Translations under genes and position numbers: made by a program
The notes under the pieces: model-generated
What the model saw: only the letters and a program-made list of their open reading frames with translations
What the model was told of the DNA's origin: nothing
Databases searched by the model: none
Assembly: GCA_963732385.1 (NCBI GenBank)
Contig: CAVSZB010000008.1
Span: 32,001 to 96,000, forward strand
Length of the DNA: 64,000 nt
Direction: 5' to 3'
Source: an uncultured bacterium
GTDB lineage: Bacteria; Krumholzibacteriota; Krumholzibacteriia; LZORAL124-64-63
Shown: piece by piece, positions 50,760-59,915 of the stretch
Position numbering within the stretch: position 1 is the stretch's first letter
Layout: each line of letters starts with the position of its first letter

Positions 50760-52987
50760 GGCAACTGCTTGCCATCGCCCGGCGCGAAATCGGCGCCTTT
50801 TTCCGCAGCGCCATGGCGCCGGTCGTCGTGACGTGCTTCCTGCTGCTTACCGGACTCTTCTTCACGCTGATCGTTTTCGGCTACAGCCAGCTCTCGGCGG
50901 AGGCCCAGCGTTCCGGGCGGCTGGGGGAAGTGGTCCTCAATCTCGCCGACGGCGTCTTCCAGCCGCTCTCGGTGAACATCTCCGTCTTCCTGATCTTTCT
51001 GCTGCCGGCCGTGACGATGCGCCTGTTCGCCGAAGAGTATCGCTCGGGTCGCTATGACCTGATCATGTCGTGGCCGGTGGCGGACCATGTCTGGGTGCTG
51101 GGCAAGTTCGCCGCCGCCGTGACGGTGATGCTCACGCTCGTGGCTGGTGCCTCCGCGCACATCGCGGCCGCCGCCGCGCTCGGCCGGATCGAGAGCGGCC
51201 CGCTGCTGGCGGCCGGCCTTGGGCTGCTGCTCGCGGCCACGCTCAATGCCGCGTGGGGGGTCTTCTTCTCGACCCTGCTGCCGTACCAGGTGGTAGCCTA
51301 CATCCTGACCTTTGGTTTCCTGCTCCTGCTCTACGCGATCGGAGGCCTCGAACCGCACCTGCCGGGCGCGCTGGGGCGGCTGGCCTCCAACCTGTCCCTT
51401 CCCGGGCACTTCCACCGGTTCTCGCGCGGCATCATCGACAGCCGGGACCTCTACTACTTCCTGGCCTGGACCGGTCTCGGTCTGGCGGCCGCCTCCGCGT
51501 CGCTCGGAGGGCGGCGGCTGGCCGGCGCGGGCCGGCTGGCGCGCTGGTTGCCGGTGGTCGTGTCGGCCGCGCTGCTGCTGGTCGTGGGCGCCCTCGTCGA
51601 GCGTCACGCCTGGAGCGCGGACCTGACCAGCAATCACCGGTTCAGTCCGGCGCCCCAGACCGTCCGCATCATGCAGGACCTGCCCGCCGAAGTGCGCGTG
51701 TACGCCTTCTATCAGCGGCTCGATCCCCGTCGCAAGGCGGCTGAAGTGCTGCTCAGCGCTTTTGGCGATCGCAGCGGTCGCTTCCGCTTCGAATTCGTCG
51801 ATCCGGACCGCGATCTCGCGCTTGTCGAGCGCTACCGCATCACCTCCGGGGGCACCATGGTCGTCGAGGTGGAGGGGCGGCAGCGGACGCTCTTCAACCC
51901 CGACGAAGCGTCCCTCGTCAACACGATCTACCGCCTGGTCACCGCCACGCAGCCGGTCATCTACTACGTGGTCGGACACGGCGAGCATCGGCTCGACAGC
52001 GACGATCGCGGCGGCTACAGCGCCCTGGTGCGGGCGCTGCAGTCCCAGGGCTACGAACTGCGCCAGTTGTTGCTGGTCGACGGCCCGCTGGTGCCTCCCG
52101 ACGCTGCGGCGGTCGTGCTGGCGGCCCCCAAGGTCGAGCTGTCGCCGTCCGAACTGGAGGCTTTGCGCCGCTACCTCCGCGACGGCGGATCGTGCCTGGC
52201 GCTGCTGGACCCCGGCACGCCGCGCGGCGTGGCCGACTGGCTGGTCGGATACAACGTGAGCCTGGGCAACGACTACCTGGTCACGGCGAGCGGCGTGGGC
52301 GAGGGACTCGGTTTCGACGCCCGCGTGGTCGTGGTCCAGGAGAATTACGGCAATCATGAGATCACGCGTGGCCTCGAAGGTATCGCCACCTTCTTCCCCT
52401 TCGCCCAGTCGATCCGCCCGGCGTATCCCGGCGTCCGTGGGCTCGGCGCCCGCACGATTCTGAGCACCGGTCCGCGCAGCTGGGCCGACCACGATTCCAG
52501 CACCATCGCCGCCGGCCGCCCACGCTACGACGAAGGGGTGGATCGCCCCGGCCCGCTCGATCTCGGCGTGGCGATCGAACTGGAGCGATCTGTCTTCTTC
52601 GGTGACGGTGGCATCCTGCCGGTGGCACGGCCGTCCGCGCCGGGGTCGGCCGCGCCGGCCCAGGCCGAGAATGGGGCGGCACGCAGCCCCGGCTCGGTTT
52701 TCAGCCGAGCCGCCACCGCTCGGCTCGTGGTTGTCGGCGACTCCGATTTCGCCGCGAACGCGAATATCGATCTCTACGGCAACCGCGATCTGCTGCTGAA
52801 CATGCTGAGCTGGCTGGCGCGCGAGCAGACCCTGATCGCCCTGCGGGCCCGGACCGAAATCAGCCAGCCGCGTGTCCTTTCGGTACGTGAACACCATCTG
52901 ATCGCCTGGGGCGGCATCATAGTCTGGCCGCTGCTGGTGGGCTTGGCGAGCGCGATCATGGTCGTGCGGCGCCGGCGCGCCGGCTAG
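50756..52987 (+). CDS. Fused ABC-2 permease (GldF-like) + GldG-like periplasmic component
   Basis: N-terminus IARRE, TMRLFAEE.RSG, VLGKF, RGIID.RD..Y. C-terminus DLT...FS, FVDP, GHGE, RLVVVGDSDF, N.DL.LN...WL, final TM helix. Confidence 0.85.
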   Translation: MRQLLAIARREIGAFFRSAMAPVVVTCFLLLTGLFFTLIVFGYSQLSAEAQRSGRLGEVVLNLADGVFQPLSVNISVFLIFLLPAVTMRLFAEEYRSGRYDLIMSWPVADHVWVLGKFAAAVTVMLTLVAGASAHIAAAAALGRIESGPLLAAGLGLLLAATLNAAWGVFFSTLLPYQVVAYILTFGFLLLLYAIGGLEPHLPGALGRLASNLSLPGHFHRFSRGIIDSRDLYYFLAWTGLGLAAASASLGGRRLAGAGRLARWLPVVVSAALLLVVGALVERHAWSADLTSNHRFSPAPQTVRIMQDLPAEVRVYAFYQRLDPRRKAAEVLLSAFGDRSGRFRFEFVDPDRDLALVERYRITSGGTMVVEVEGRQRTLFNPDEASLVNTIYRLVTATQPVIYYVVGHGEHRLDSDDRGGYSALVRALQSQGYELRQLLLVDGPLVPPDAAAVVLAAPKVELSPSELEALRRYLRDGGSCLALLDPGTPRGVADWLVGYNVSLGNDYLVTASGVGEGLGFDARVVVVQENYGNHEITRGLEGIATFFPFAQSIRPAYPGVRGLGARTILSTGPRSWADHDSSTIAAGRPRYDEGVDRPGPLDLGVAIELERSVFFGDGGILPVARPSAPGSAAPAQAENGAARSPGSVFSRAATARLVVVGDSDFAANANIDLYGNRDLLLNMLSWLAREQTLIALRARTEISQPRVLSVREHHLIAWGGIIVWPLLVGLASAIMVVRRRRAG

Positions 52988-52997
52988 GCGGCGCGCC

Positions 52998-54518
52998 ATG
53001 CCTCGCCGGAGCGTCGACCTGCCGCGCAGTCTCCTGCCCTTGGCGGTGCTGTTGGCGGTGGCCGGGGGGTGGCTGCTGCTGGATGGGCGGGGGCGCCCGA
53101 CCGACGGCGATGCGGAAGCATCGCGGGGCCCCGACGGTGCGGAGATCAGGCTCGTCCCCTTCACGCCGGCCGACATCGCCCTGATCGAGGTCGATCGTAC
53201 CGCTGGCGTTCTTGCGCTCGCTCGCGGTGACGCCGGAGTCTGGCGCTTCACCCGTGGTTGCGACGATCGCGCCGACGATGCCGCCGTTATGGAACTCGCG
53301 GGGAACATCGTCGAGAGCAGCGCCTCATCTTTGCTGGCGGAGACGGCGGCCGGGGAGGAGGCGGCGCGGTTCGGCCTGAGCGGCGACGATGCCGTGACTC
53401 TCCGCGTGACCGCGCGCGACGGCCGCATGGCTGCCTGCACCGTGGGGCTGCGCAACCCCGTGCGGGCTGCCTGCTACGCCCTGATCGACGGTCGCCGCGG
53501 CACCTGGACCGTGCCATACACCCTGCGCGTGCGGCTGCTTTCCCTGCCTGACCTCGTGCGGTTGCGGCGGCTGTGGCCCGGCTTCGTTCCGGCGACGGTG
53601 GAGACGCTGGCGTTGCGGCCGGCCGGCGCCGTCGCCCCGGATCTTTTCGCCCGGGATGCCGCCGGAGACTGGTGGCTGCGAGTCCCGGCGGACGGAAGCG
53701 CGCGCGCCGGCGCGGTTTTCGCCGCCTATGCCCGCTTCTACGCCGACCGGGTGACGCGGCGTGATGGCGCCGACTGGTGGCGCGCGCAGGATCGCATCAT
53801 CGACAACCTGACGTTCCAGCTTGGCCAGGCCGACGTGAAACTGTTCGGTGCGCGTGAGGCGCCGGCGGAGACGTTGCGGGCCGCGGGACTGCTGCCGGCT
53901 CCGCTCTCGGTGCGGGTCGCCCTGCGGGACGGGCAGACGCTGCGCGTCGCGTTCGGCGTCGCGGACGGAGAAGGGAACCTGTACGCCCTCCGCGACGGAC
54001 GGCCGCATCTGCTGCGGGTCGGCGCGGCCATCGCCGGCGTTGTGGCGGCACCGCTGGCCGATTTCCTGCGCACCGATGCGCTGCCCTTCGCCCTGAGCGG
54101 GGCCGATTCGTTCACGTTGAATGACACGGTGCGGGCGACGGTGCGCGCCTGGCGACGCGACAAGGTCTGGTCGACCTCTCTGGTCCCGTTGCCAGGGGCC
54201 GGGCCGAGCGCGACCGATCTGGTGAAGGATCTCCTGATCGCCTTTGATCGGCTGCCGATCGTGCGCCCGCTTCCCCCGATGATGGCCGGAAGGGATCCGC
54301 TGGCGAGCGAGAGCCGTTTCGTCCTGACCGCCTGGCGCGCCGGCCGTCCGGTTCCGGACCTCGAGGCCCATTTCGGTCGGATGGGGGTCAGCGGTGACGC
54401 GGTTTCGGCGCCGGCGGCGCTCTGGATGCCGGCGACCGGCCAGCTGCTCATCGTGCCCGAGGAGATCGTCTTGAGCCTGCGCGCCCTGTTCCTGACTGCG
54501 GGCGGCGGCGCGAACTGA
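52998..54518 (+). CDS. DUF4340-like membrane-anchored periplasmic protein
   Basis: N-terminal TM helix; repeated W...AD..V..L....FGL..P modules; usual neighbour of GldAFG-like genes. Confidence 0.65.
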   Translation: MPRRSVDLPRSLLPLAVLLAVAGGWLLLDGRGRPTDGDAEASRGPDGAEIRLVPFTPADIALIEVDRTAGVLALARGDAGVWRFTRGCDDRADDAAVMELAGNIVESSASSLLAETAAGEEAARFGLSGDDAVTLRVTARDGRMAACTVGLRNPVRAACYALIDGRRGTWTVPYTLRVRLLSLPDLVRLRRLWPGFVPATVETLALRPAGAVAPDLFARDAAGDWWLRVPADGSARAGAVFAAYARFYADRVTRRDGADWWRAQDRIIDNLTFQLGQADVKLFGAREAPAETLRAAGLLPAPLSVRVALRDGQTLRVAFGVADGEGNLYALRDGRPHLLRVGAAIAGVVAAPLADFLRTDALPFALSGADSFTLNDTVRATVRAWRRDKVWSTSLVPLPGAGPSATDLVKDLLIAFDRLPIVRPLPPMMAGRDPLASESRFVLTAWRAGRPVPDLEAHFGRMGVSGDAVSAPAALWMPATGQLLIVPEEIVLSLRALFLTAGGGAN

Positions 54519-54550
54519 CCCGGCCCGGCCACAAGACCTGTCCGAAACGC

Positions 54551-54580
54551 CACAGCCCGGCTCAACGGAGCCGGGCTGTG
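54551..54580. terminator. Hairpin between convergent genes (likely terminator)
   Basis: Perfect 13-bp stem CACAGCCCGGCTC-aacg-GAGCCGGGCTGTG. Confidence 0.65.
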
Positions 54581-54604
54581 CGATTGAACGGCCTCGGGGC
54601 GGTG

Positions 54605-56011
54605 TCAGGAGCCGACGGGCGGTGCGCGCGACACCAACACGGTGACTCCGGGCTGGGGGACCGATTGCGGCGGTCGCACCAGGACCACGCTGCCGATGCG
54701 TGGCGTGTCGGGTCGCGGCGGCAGCTCTTCAAGCGCCTGGGCGTACAGCGACACGGTGGACAGGAACGGATCGCGCTGATCTGCGGGAATCGGCGGCGCG
54801 TCGGGCAGGCGCAGCTTGCGCGGGTCGATGTAGCGGCCGTTCTGCTTCACCCGGTAATCGAGGTGGGGGCCGGTGGCCCAGCCGGAGGCGCCGACGTAGC
54901 CGATCACATCGCCCTGTTTGACACGCAACCCGGCGCGGACCCCCGCGGCGAAGCGCGACAGGTGCAGGTAGCTGCTCTCGAGTCCGCGGCTCTCGTGGCG
55001 AATCGTGACGAAACGCCCGGCGCCGGTCTGGACGCCGGCCGCAGCAACGGTTCCGGACGCCGAGGCATGCACCGGAGTGCCGACCGGGGCGGCATAGTCG
55101 ATCCCCTGATGCGGCATCACCTTGTTGAAGATCGGGTGCCGCCGGTTCATGGAGAAGCCGCTGCTGATGCGGGAGTACTCGACCGGCGTGCGCAGCATCT
55201 GCTTGACGAGATTGCCCCCGACGGCGTCGTAGAATCCAGGTTCGCCCGCCCTGCTCTCGAAGCGGAACGCGCGATGCGGCTTGCCGCCCACGACGCATTC
55301 CAGCGCCAGCACGGCGCCGACCCGCACGAACCTGCCGTCGCGCAGCACCTCTTCGTACAGGATCCGGAAGCTGTCGCCCCGCTGCAGGTCCCGGTTGAAA
55401 TCGACATCCCAGCCGAGCACGTCGTTCATCTTGACGGCCAGGATGAGTGGAGCGGCCGCCTGGCGCAGGCTCTCGTACAGCGAAGCGTTGATCGTGCCGC
55501 TGACGCCGACAACGCGGCGCTCCACGGGGTGGGTCTTCTCCTGCGCGACGAAGGTATCAGCCGAGCGGACGAGCTCGATATACGATTCCTCATCCAGATC
55601 GAAACTGATCCGTTCGAGGGAGCGGTCCGGTCGCTGCACGATCCGGAAGGTCTCCTGGTTGCGGACGCGGTTCAGGTTCCGGTACGGACGGCACGCGTCG
55701 ACCAGCGTCCGGATCTGGTCAAAGGAGACGTCGTGCGCGCGCATGGCGTCCTGAAAGGTCTGGTTGCGGGCGATGACGACCGCCTGTTCGCTGCCGGCGG
55801 CAGTGGAATCGGCAGCCACGGCGGACGATGGCGAGGGCGCGGCCCACCCGAGGCTGTCGAGGCGCGCCAGCAACTCATGGCCGGTGCGGGCAGCGTCGGC
55901 GGCGGTAGGCGCATCGCGGCGCGCGGGCGGGAAAAATAGCCCGTGCAGAATTGTCACAAAAGCGGCAGCGGCCAGCAGGCCGGCGGTGGATTGCGTGATG
56001 CGACGGAACAT
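54605..56011 (-). CDS. M23-family peptidoglycan DD-endopeptidase (MepM/OapA-like)
   Basis: ATG after GGAGGTG; N-terminal TM helix; DF..DL..GDSF; HQGIDYAAP.GTPV; YLHLS; TGPHLDY. Confidence 0.92.
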   Translation of the reverse strand: MFRRITQSTAGLLAAAAFVTILHGLFFPPARRDAPTAADAARTGHELLARLDSLGWAAPSPSSAVAADSTAAGSEQAVVIARNQTFQDAMRAHDVSFDQIRTLVDACRPYRNLNRVRNQETFRIVQRPDRSLERISFDLDEESYIELVRSADTFVAQEKTHPVERRVVGVSGTINASLYESLRQAAAPLILAVKMNDVLGWDVDFNRDLQRGDSFRILYEEVLRDGRFVRVGAVLALECVVGGKPHRAFRFESRAGEPGFYDAVGGNLVKQMLRTPVEYSRISSGFSMNRRHPIFNKVMPHQGIDYAAPVGTPVHASASGTVAAAGVQTGAGRFVTIRHESRGLESSYLHLSRFAAGVRAGLRVKQGDVIGYVGASGWATGPHLDYRVKQNGRYIDPRKLRLPDAPPIPADQRDPFLSTVSLYAQALEELPPRPDTPRIGSVVLVRPPQSVPQPGVTVLVSRAPPVGS

Positions 56012-56158
56012 GGCGTCACCTCCTTGTTTTCGATTCCTTGCGCATAAAGTGGTCCAGATTCCGGCATGGCGGCAAGGGGAATTTCCTGCCAAGCCTTTAC
56101 GGTATGAATCTGGCTACGCAGACTCCACCGGGCGGTTGCCCCGGTGGAGGTTACGGCC

Positions 56159-58174
56159 ATGATGAGGGCGTTTTGCAAAATCCTGACGGCCACGACCCTG
56201 TTGCTGGCGGCTTTCCCGGCGGGGGCGGTGGTCCTGCAGGGGGATCCGCTGCAGGCCCTGGGACACTTCGGTGACGCGGCCAGCGAACTGGAGGACTTGA
56301 ACGGTGACGGACGCTGGGAGTTCCTGGTCGGCGCTCCGCTGGCCGATCTGACCGGCACCAACGACGGGCGTGCCTACCTGTGGTACGGCGGCACCGCCAT
56401 GACCGCGGCGGCGAACCTGGTCCTGTCGGGTAACCTCAACGAACAGTTCGGATTTGCGGTGGCCCGGGTGGGGGATGTCAACGACGACGGGCGGCCCGAT
56501 TTTGCCGTCGGGGCTCCCCGCAACAACCAGGACGGTACCGACCGCGGCCGGGTCTACCTCTTCTTCGGGGGGCCGGCTCTCGACGCCGCTGCTGACGTTA
56601 TTCTCACGTGCCCGGATGCCACCAACGGCCCCCAATTCGGCTTCTCCATCTCTGCCGCGGGCGATCTCAACGGTGACGGTCGCGACGATCTCATCGTCGG
56701 CGCCCCCTATGAAGACACTGCGGGGCTGGACGCCGGCTCGGCCTACGTCTTCTTCGGCAGCAGCAATCTGACCCAACTCGCAGCGGCCGATCTTACCCTC
56801 CGGGGCGTGGCTGCCTACGGTCACTTCGGCTGGTCGGTAACCGATGGCGGCAATTTTTTCCGGGACGGGCGCGCCTGCGTCGCAGTTGGCGCACCGGCCA
56901 ACTACGGCTCCACGCTGCACGGGACGGTCATGGTCTTTCGCGGCTCGGCCACGGCCGTGCCGGGTCCCGATGCGGTGGCCGACCTGACGCTGACCTCTTC
57001 CGGCGCTTCCCCGGCCGGCAGCTGGTTCGGCTACGCGGTCCGTGGCCTGGGGGATTGGGACGATGACGGCGACGACGACCTGGCGGTCGGCGCGCCGCGC
57101 GACGACACGCGCGGTCTCGATGCCGGCCGGGTGGAGATTTTCCTGGGTGCCGCCACCCCCGCCACGGTCGCCGCCCGCTACGCGAACGGACAGGACGGCG
57201 CCGATCTGTTCGGCTGGGCCCTGGCCGACCTCGGCGAGGCGACCGGCGACAGCCGGACCGACCTGCTCATCGGCGCCCCCGGCGTCGCCTCGCCGGCCAC
57301 CGGCGCCGGGCGGGCCTACCTCTTCGCGGGGGGCGGGGCCAGCGCGGATTCGCCGGCCGGGCTGTTCCTCACGCTGACCGCCGCGGGGGTCAATGCCGGC
57401 ACCGAGGCGAACGACGCTTTCGGTTCCTGCGTTTCGGCGGCCGGAGAGCTCGACGGCGATGGTCGCCGCGATTACGCGGTCTGCGCGCCGACCGGCAACG
57501 TGGTCACGAACGCCGAGTCCGGCTACGTTCGCCTCTACGACAGCAGCGGCGATGTCGTGCCGGTGCTGCTGCAGTCCTGGCGCGCGGTCTGGACCGCCGA
57601 CGGAGAGGCGCGGCTGAGCTTCAAGCTGGCGGAGCCGCCCGCGGCCTTCAGCGCGCTCACGCTCTGGCGCGACGTGAGCCTGCGCGCCGGCGAGCCGGTC
57701 GTGCGCTCGCTCGCCTGCGCCGGTCCGCTCGAAGGGGGCGCGCTGCCGCTGACCATCGCCGGCGACGAGTGGACGCTGGCCGACCGCCCGACCGCGCTCG
57801 TCACCGGATCGACGCTGAGCTACGCGCTGGTCCTCGAGCGCGCGGCCGGGGACGCCGTGGCGCTGGACGGGCTGGCGGGGCCGCCGACGGCGGAGATCGG
57901 TCTGTTCGCGTTGCGTCCGCCCTGCCCGAACCCGTTCAACCCGCGCACGGCGATCGTCTTCCAGGCGCCGGCCGGAGCGCCGGTCGCCTGCCGGGTCTAT
58001 GACCCGCGCGGCCGTCTCGTGGTCACTCTGTTCGAAGGAACGGCCACCGGACTGTGGCAGACGGCCGCCTGGGACGGACGTCGCGGCGGACGGCCCGTGT
58101 CTGCCGGCGTCTACGCCGTGCGGCTGGTGATGGGCGGGCGCGTCCTGACCAGACTCGCGGTGCTGGCGAAGTAG
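56159..58174 (+). CDS. Secreted FG-GAP (integrin-alpha-like beta-propeller) protein with FlgD-Ig/secretion-type C-terminal domain
   Basis: Signal peptide; about 7 FG..A..GDxNGDG..D..VGAP repeats; PNPFNPRT.I.F..VYD..GRLV..WDG....SAGVY. Confidence 0.9.
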   Translation: MMRAFCKILTATTLLLAAFPAGAVVLQGDPLQALGHFGDAASELEDLNGDGRWEFLVGAPLADLTGTNDGRAYLWYGGTAMTAAANLVLSGNLNEQFGFAVARVGDVNDDGRPDFAVGAPRNNQDGTDRGRVYLFFGGPALDAAADVILTCPDATNGPQFGFSISAAGDLNGDGRDDLIVGAPYEDTAGLDAGSAYVFFGSSNLTQLAAADLTLRGVAAYGHFGWSVTDGGNFFRDGRACVAVGAPANYGSTLHGTVMVFRGSATAVPGPDAVADLTLTSSGASPAGSWFGYAVRGLGDWDDDGDDDLAVGAPRDDTRGLDAGRVEIFLGAATPATVAARYANGQDGADLFGWALADLGEATGDSRTDLLIGAPGVASPATGAGRAYLFAGGGASADSPAGLFLTLTAAGVNAGTEANDAFGSCVSAAGELDGDGRRDYAVCAPTGNVVTNAESGYVRLYDSSGDVVPVLLQSWRAVWTADGEARLSFKLAEPPAAFSALTLWRDVSLRAGEPVVRSLACAGPLEGGALPLTIAGDEWTLADRPTALVTGSTLSYALVLERAAGDAVALDGLAGPPTAEIGLFALRPPCPNPFNPRTAIVFQAPAGAPVACRVYDPRGRLVVTLFEGTATGLWQTAAWDGRRGGRPVSAGVYAVRLVMGGRVLTRLAVLAK

Positions 58175-58239
58175 TGGCTCGCCACGGTTCCTGACGCCGG
58201 GAGACGCCCCGTCGCGCCGCGCCGCGGTCCCGGGTTTGC

Positions 58240-59895
58240 ATGTCCCTGGCGCGGGCGTCTTCCGGCCGGCGTATTGGTGTCATTTCGCCATGCGAGGCTT
58301 TGCCCGGCCTTGCTTCTTGCAACGGGAAGTGCGACGTGGCGATCGTGAGCGACAGGAACGGCGGCGTGAGTCTCGTTAACCCCGCCCCGACCGCCGAAGT
58401 GGTCAGCCTGACCGTCTTCGTGGCGGTGCTGTGCGCGGTGTTGCGGCAGTCCCTGCAGGCGGGCTGGCTGGCGCGCGAGGTGGTCGACGGGACACGTTCC
58501 GTGGCTCGTCTGGCGGCGCAGCTGCATGTCGCCGCGGGCGGATTCACGCTGCGGGCCGGCGGCGACCATTTCCTGCACGAGGAGTCGGGTCAGCGTTGCG
58601 ACCTGTCGGGCAAGGCGGTGCCCCAGCTGCACCGCTTCTTCCTGCGGCGCGGCCTGACCGGCGCGCGCTTCGCGGCGGATGTGTCCCCCCTGGCGATCAA
58701 GAACCTGGCGCGCGCCCTCCTGGAGCCGGGCAGTGACCTGGCGCTGCTGTTCCCCGCCGGCTGCGGCCTCGAGCCGCTTGGCGCCCGCGAGGACGCGCCG
58801 GAGGTGCTGATACTGCAGGACGGAGCGCACGCCGAGGCCCACCATCCCAGAGAAAGCGACGGACGGCCAGGTCGCGTGCGCGATCCGCTGACGACAGGGG
58901 GTGTCCGGGGGAATGCCACTGTGCGATCCGCGGCGGGTTTCGCGACGGCGGTTCCGGCGGCGCCGCGCGTCGCAGGGGATCTGGACCGCGATCTGCAGCT
59001 GCTGCGCCAGGAGAACGCCGCCATCCGCGAGGCGGTCGCCGCCACGGTTAACTCCGGCGGCCGCGCCCCTCATCCCGCCATCCTGACCTGCATCGAGGCG
59101 ATGGAACAGGACGAGCACCTGATGTACATGCTCGTCTCCCTGCGCCAGCACGACCGCTACACGTTCGACCACTCCTGCAACGTGGCCCTGCTGGCGGTGG
59201 CGATCGCCCGGCAGATCGGCGTGGCGGGGGAGGAGCTGCGGCGCTTCGCCGGCGCGGTCCTGCTGCACGACATCGGCAAGCTCTACACGCCGTTGTCGGT
59301 GCTCAACAAGCCGGGCCGCTTCTCGCCCGACGAGTGGCAGGTCATGAAGCGTCACCCGGTCGATGGCATGGAGATCCTCGACGGCGCCGGCTTCGAGAAC
59401 CTGTATTCCGAGCGGGTCACCCTGCTGCACCATGTCAACTACGAAGGGCAGGGGTACCCGGCCACGACGGCGCAGCGCCCCGATCTGCTCGCGCACATCG
59501 TCCAGGTCGCTGACATCTACGACGCCTTCACCTCGATTCGTCCCTATCGTCAGCAGGCTCGCCCCCTCGAGGTGCTCGAAACCCTGCGCGGCGGCGCCGG
59601 GAAGGACTTCGATCCGGCGGTCGTTTCCGCGGTGCTGAAGCTCATGGGCGAAACTCCGATGGGCGCCGTGCTGAAGCTGGACAACGGCCAGCTCGGTCTC
59701 GTGGTGGACATGGGCAGCTCGCCCGACGGCCGCCCGGTCGTGCGGGTGATCCAGGACGAACTCGGCAACCGGACGGCGCGCACCACGCTGGTCGACCTGT
59801 CGGCGCGCCTCCCGGCCACCGGAGAGTACATGGTCGACGTGGTCGAGGCGGTCGATCCGGTCATCCGCAACATTCCAATCGGGCGCTACATCTGA
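58240..59895 (+). CDS. HD-GYP domain protein (cyclic dinucleotide phosphodiesterase family); true start probably 58336-58366
   Basis: HDRYTFDHS.NV; LHDIGK; LNKPG.F...EW..MKRHP; HH..Y.G.GYP; ADIYDA.TS.RPY; FDP. Confidence 0.85.
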   Translation: MSLARASSGRRIGVISPCEALPGLASCNGKCDVAIVSDRNGGVSLVNPAPTAEVVSLTVFVAVLCAVLRQSLQAGWLAREVVDGTRSVARLAAQLHVAAGGFTLRAGGDHFLHEESGQRCDLSGKAVPQLHRFFLRRGLTGARFAADVSPLAIKNLARALLEPGSDLALLFPAGCGLEPLGAREDAPEVLILQDGAHAEAHHPRESDGRPGRVRDPLTTGGVRGNATVRSAAGFATAVPAAPRVAGDLDRDLQLLRQENAAIREAVAATVNSGGRAPHPAILTCIEAMEQDEHLMYMLVSLRQHDRYTFDHSCNVALLAVAIARQIGVAGEELRRFAGAVLLHDIGKLYTPLSVLNKPGRFSPDEWQVMKRHPVDGMEILDGAGFENLYSERVTLLHHVNYEGQGYPATTAQRPDLLAHIVQVADIYDAFTSIRPYRQQARPLEVLETLRGGAGKDFDPAVVSAVLKLMGETPMGAVLKLDNGQLGLVVDMGSSPDGRPVVRVIQDELGNRTARTTLVDLSARLPATGEYMVDVVEAVDPVIRNIPIGRYI

Positions 59896-59915
59896 CGACC
59901 TGCTACCATGGCGGC

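Noticed and set aside
50030..53455. 1141-aa minus-strand ORF
   Set aside because: Antisense to the ABC operon; Arg/Ala/Gly-rich with no domain signature.
58290..58320. sigma54 promoter upstream of the HD-GYP gene
   Set aside because: TTGCT is present but the required GG at -24 is missing.
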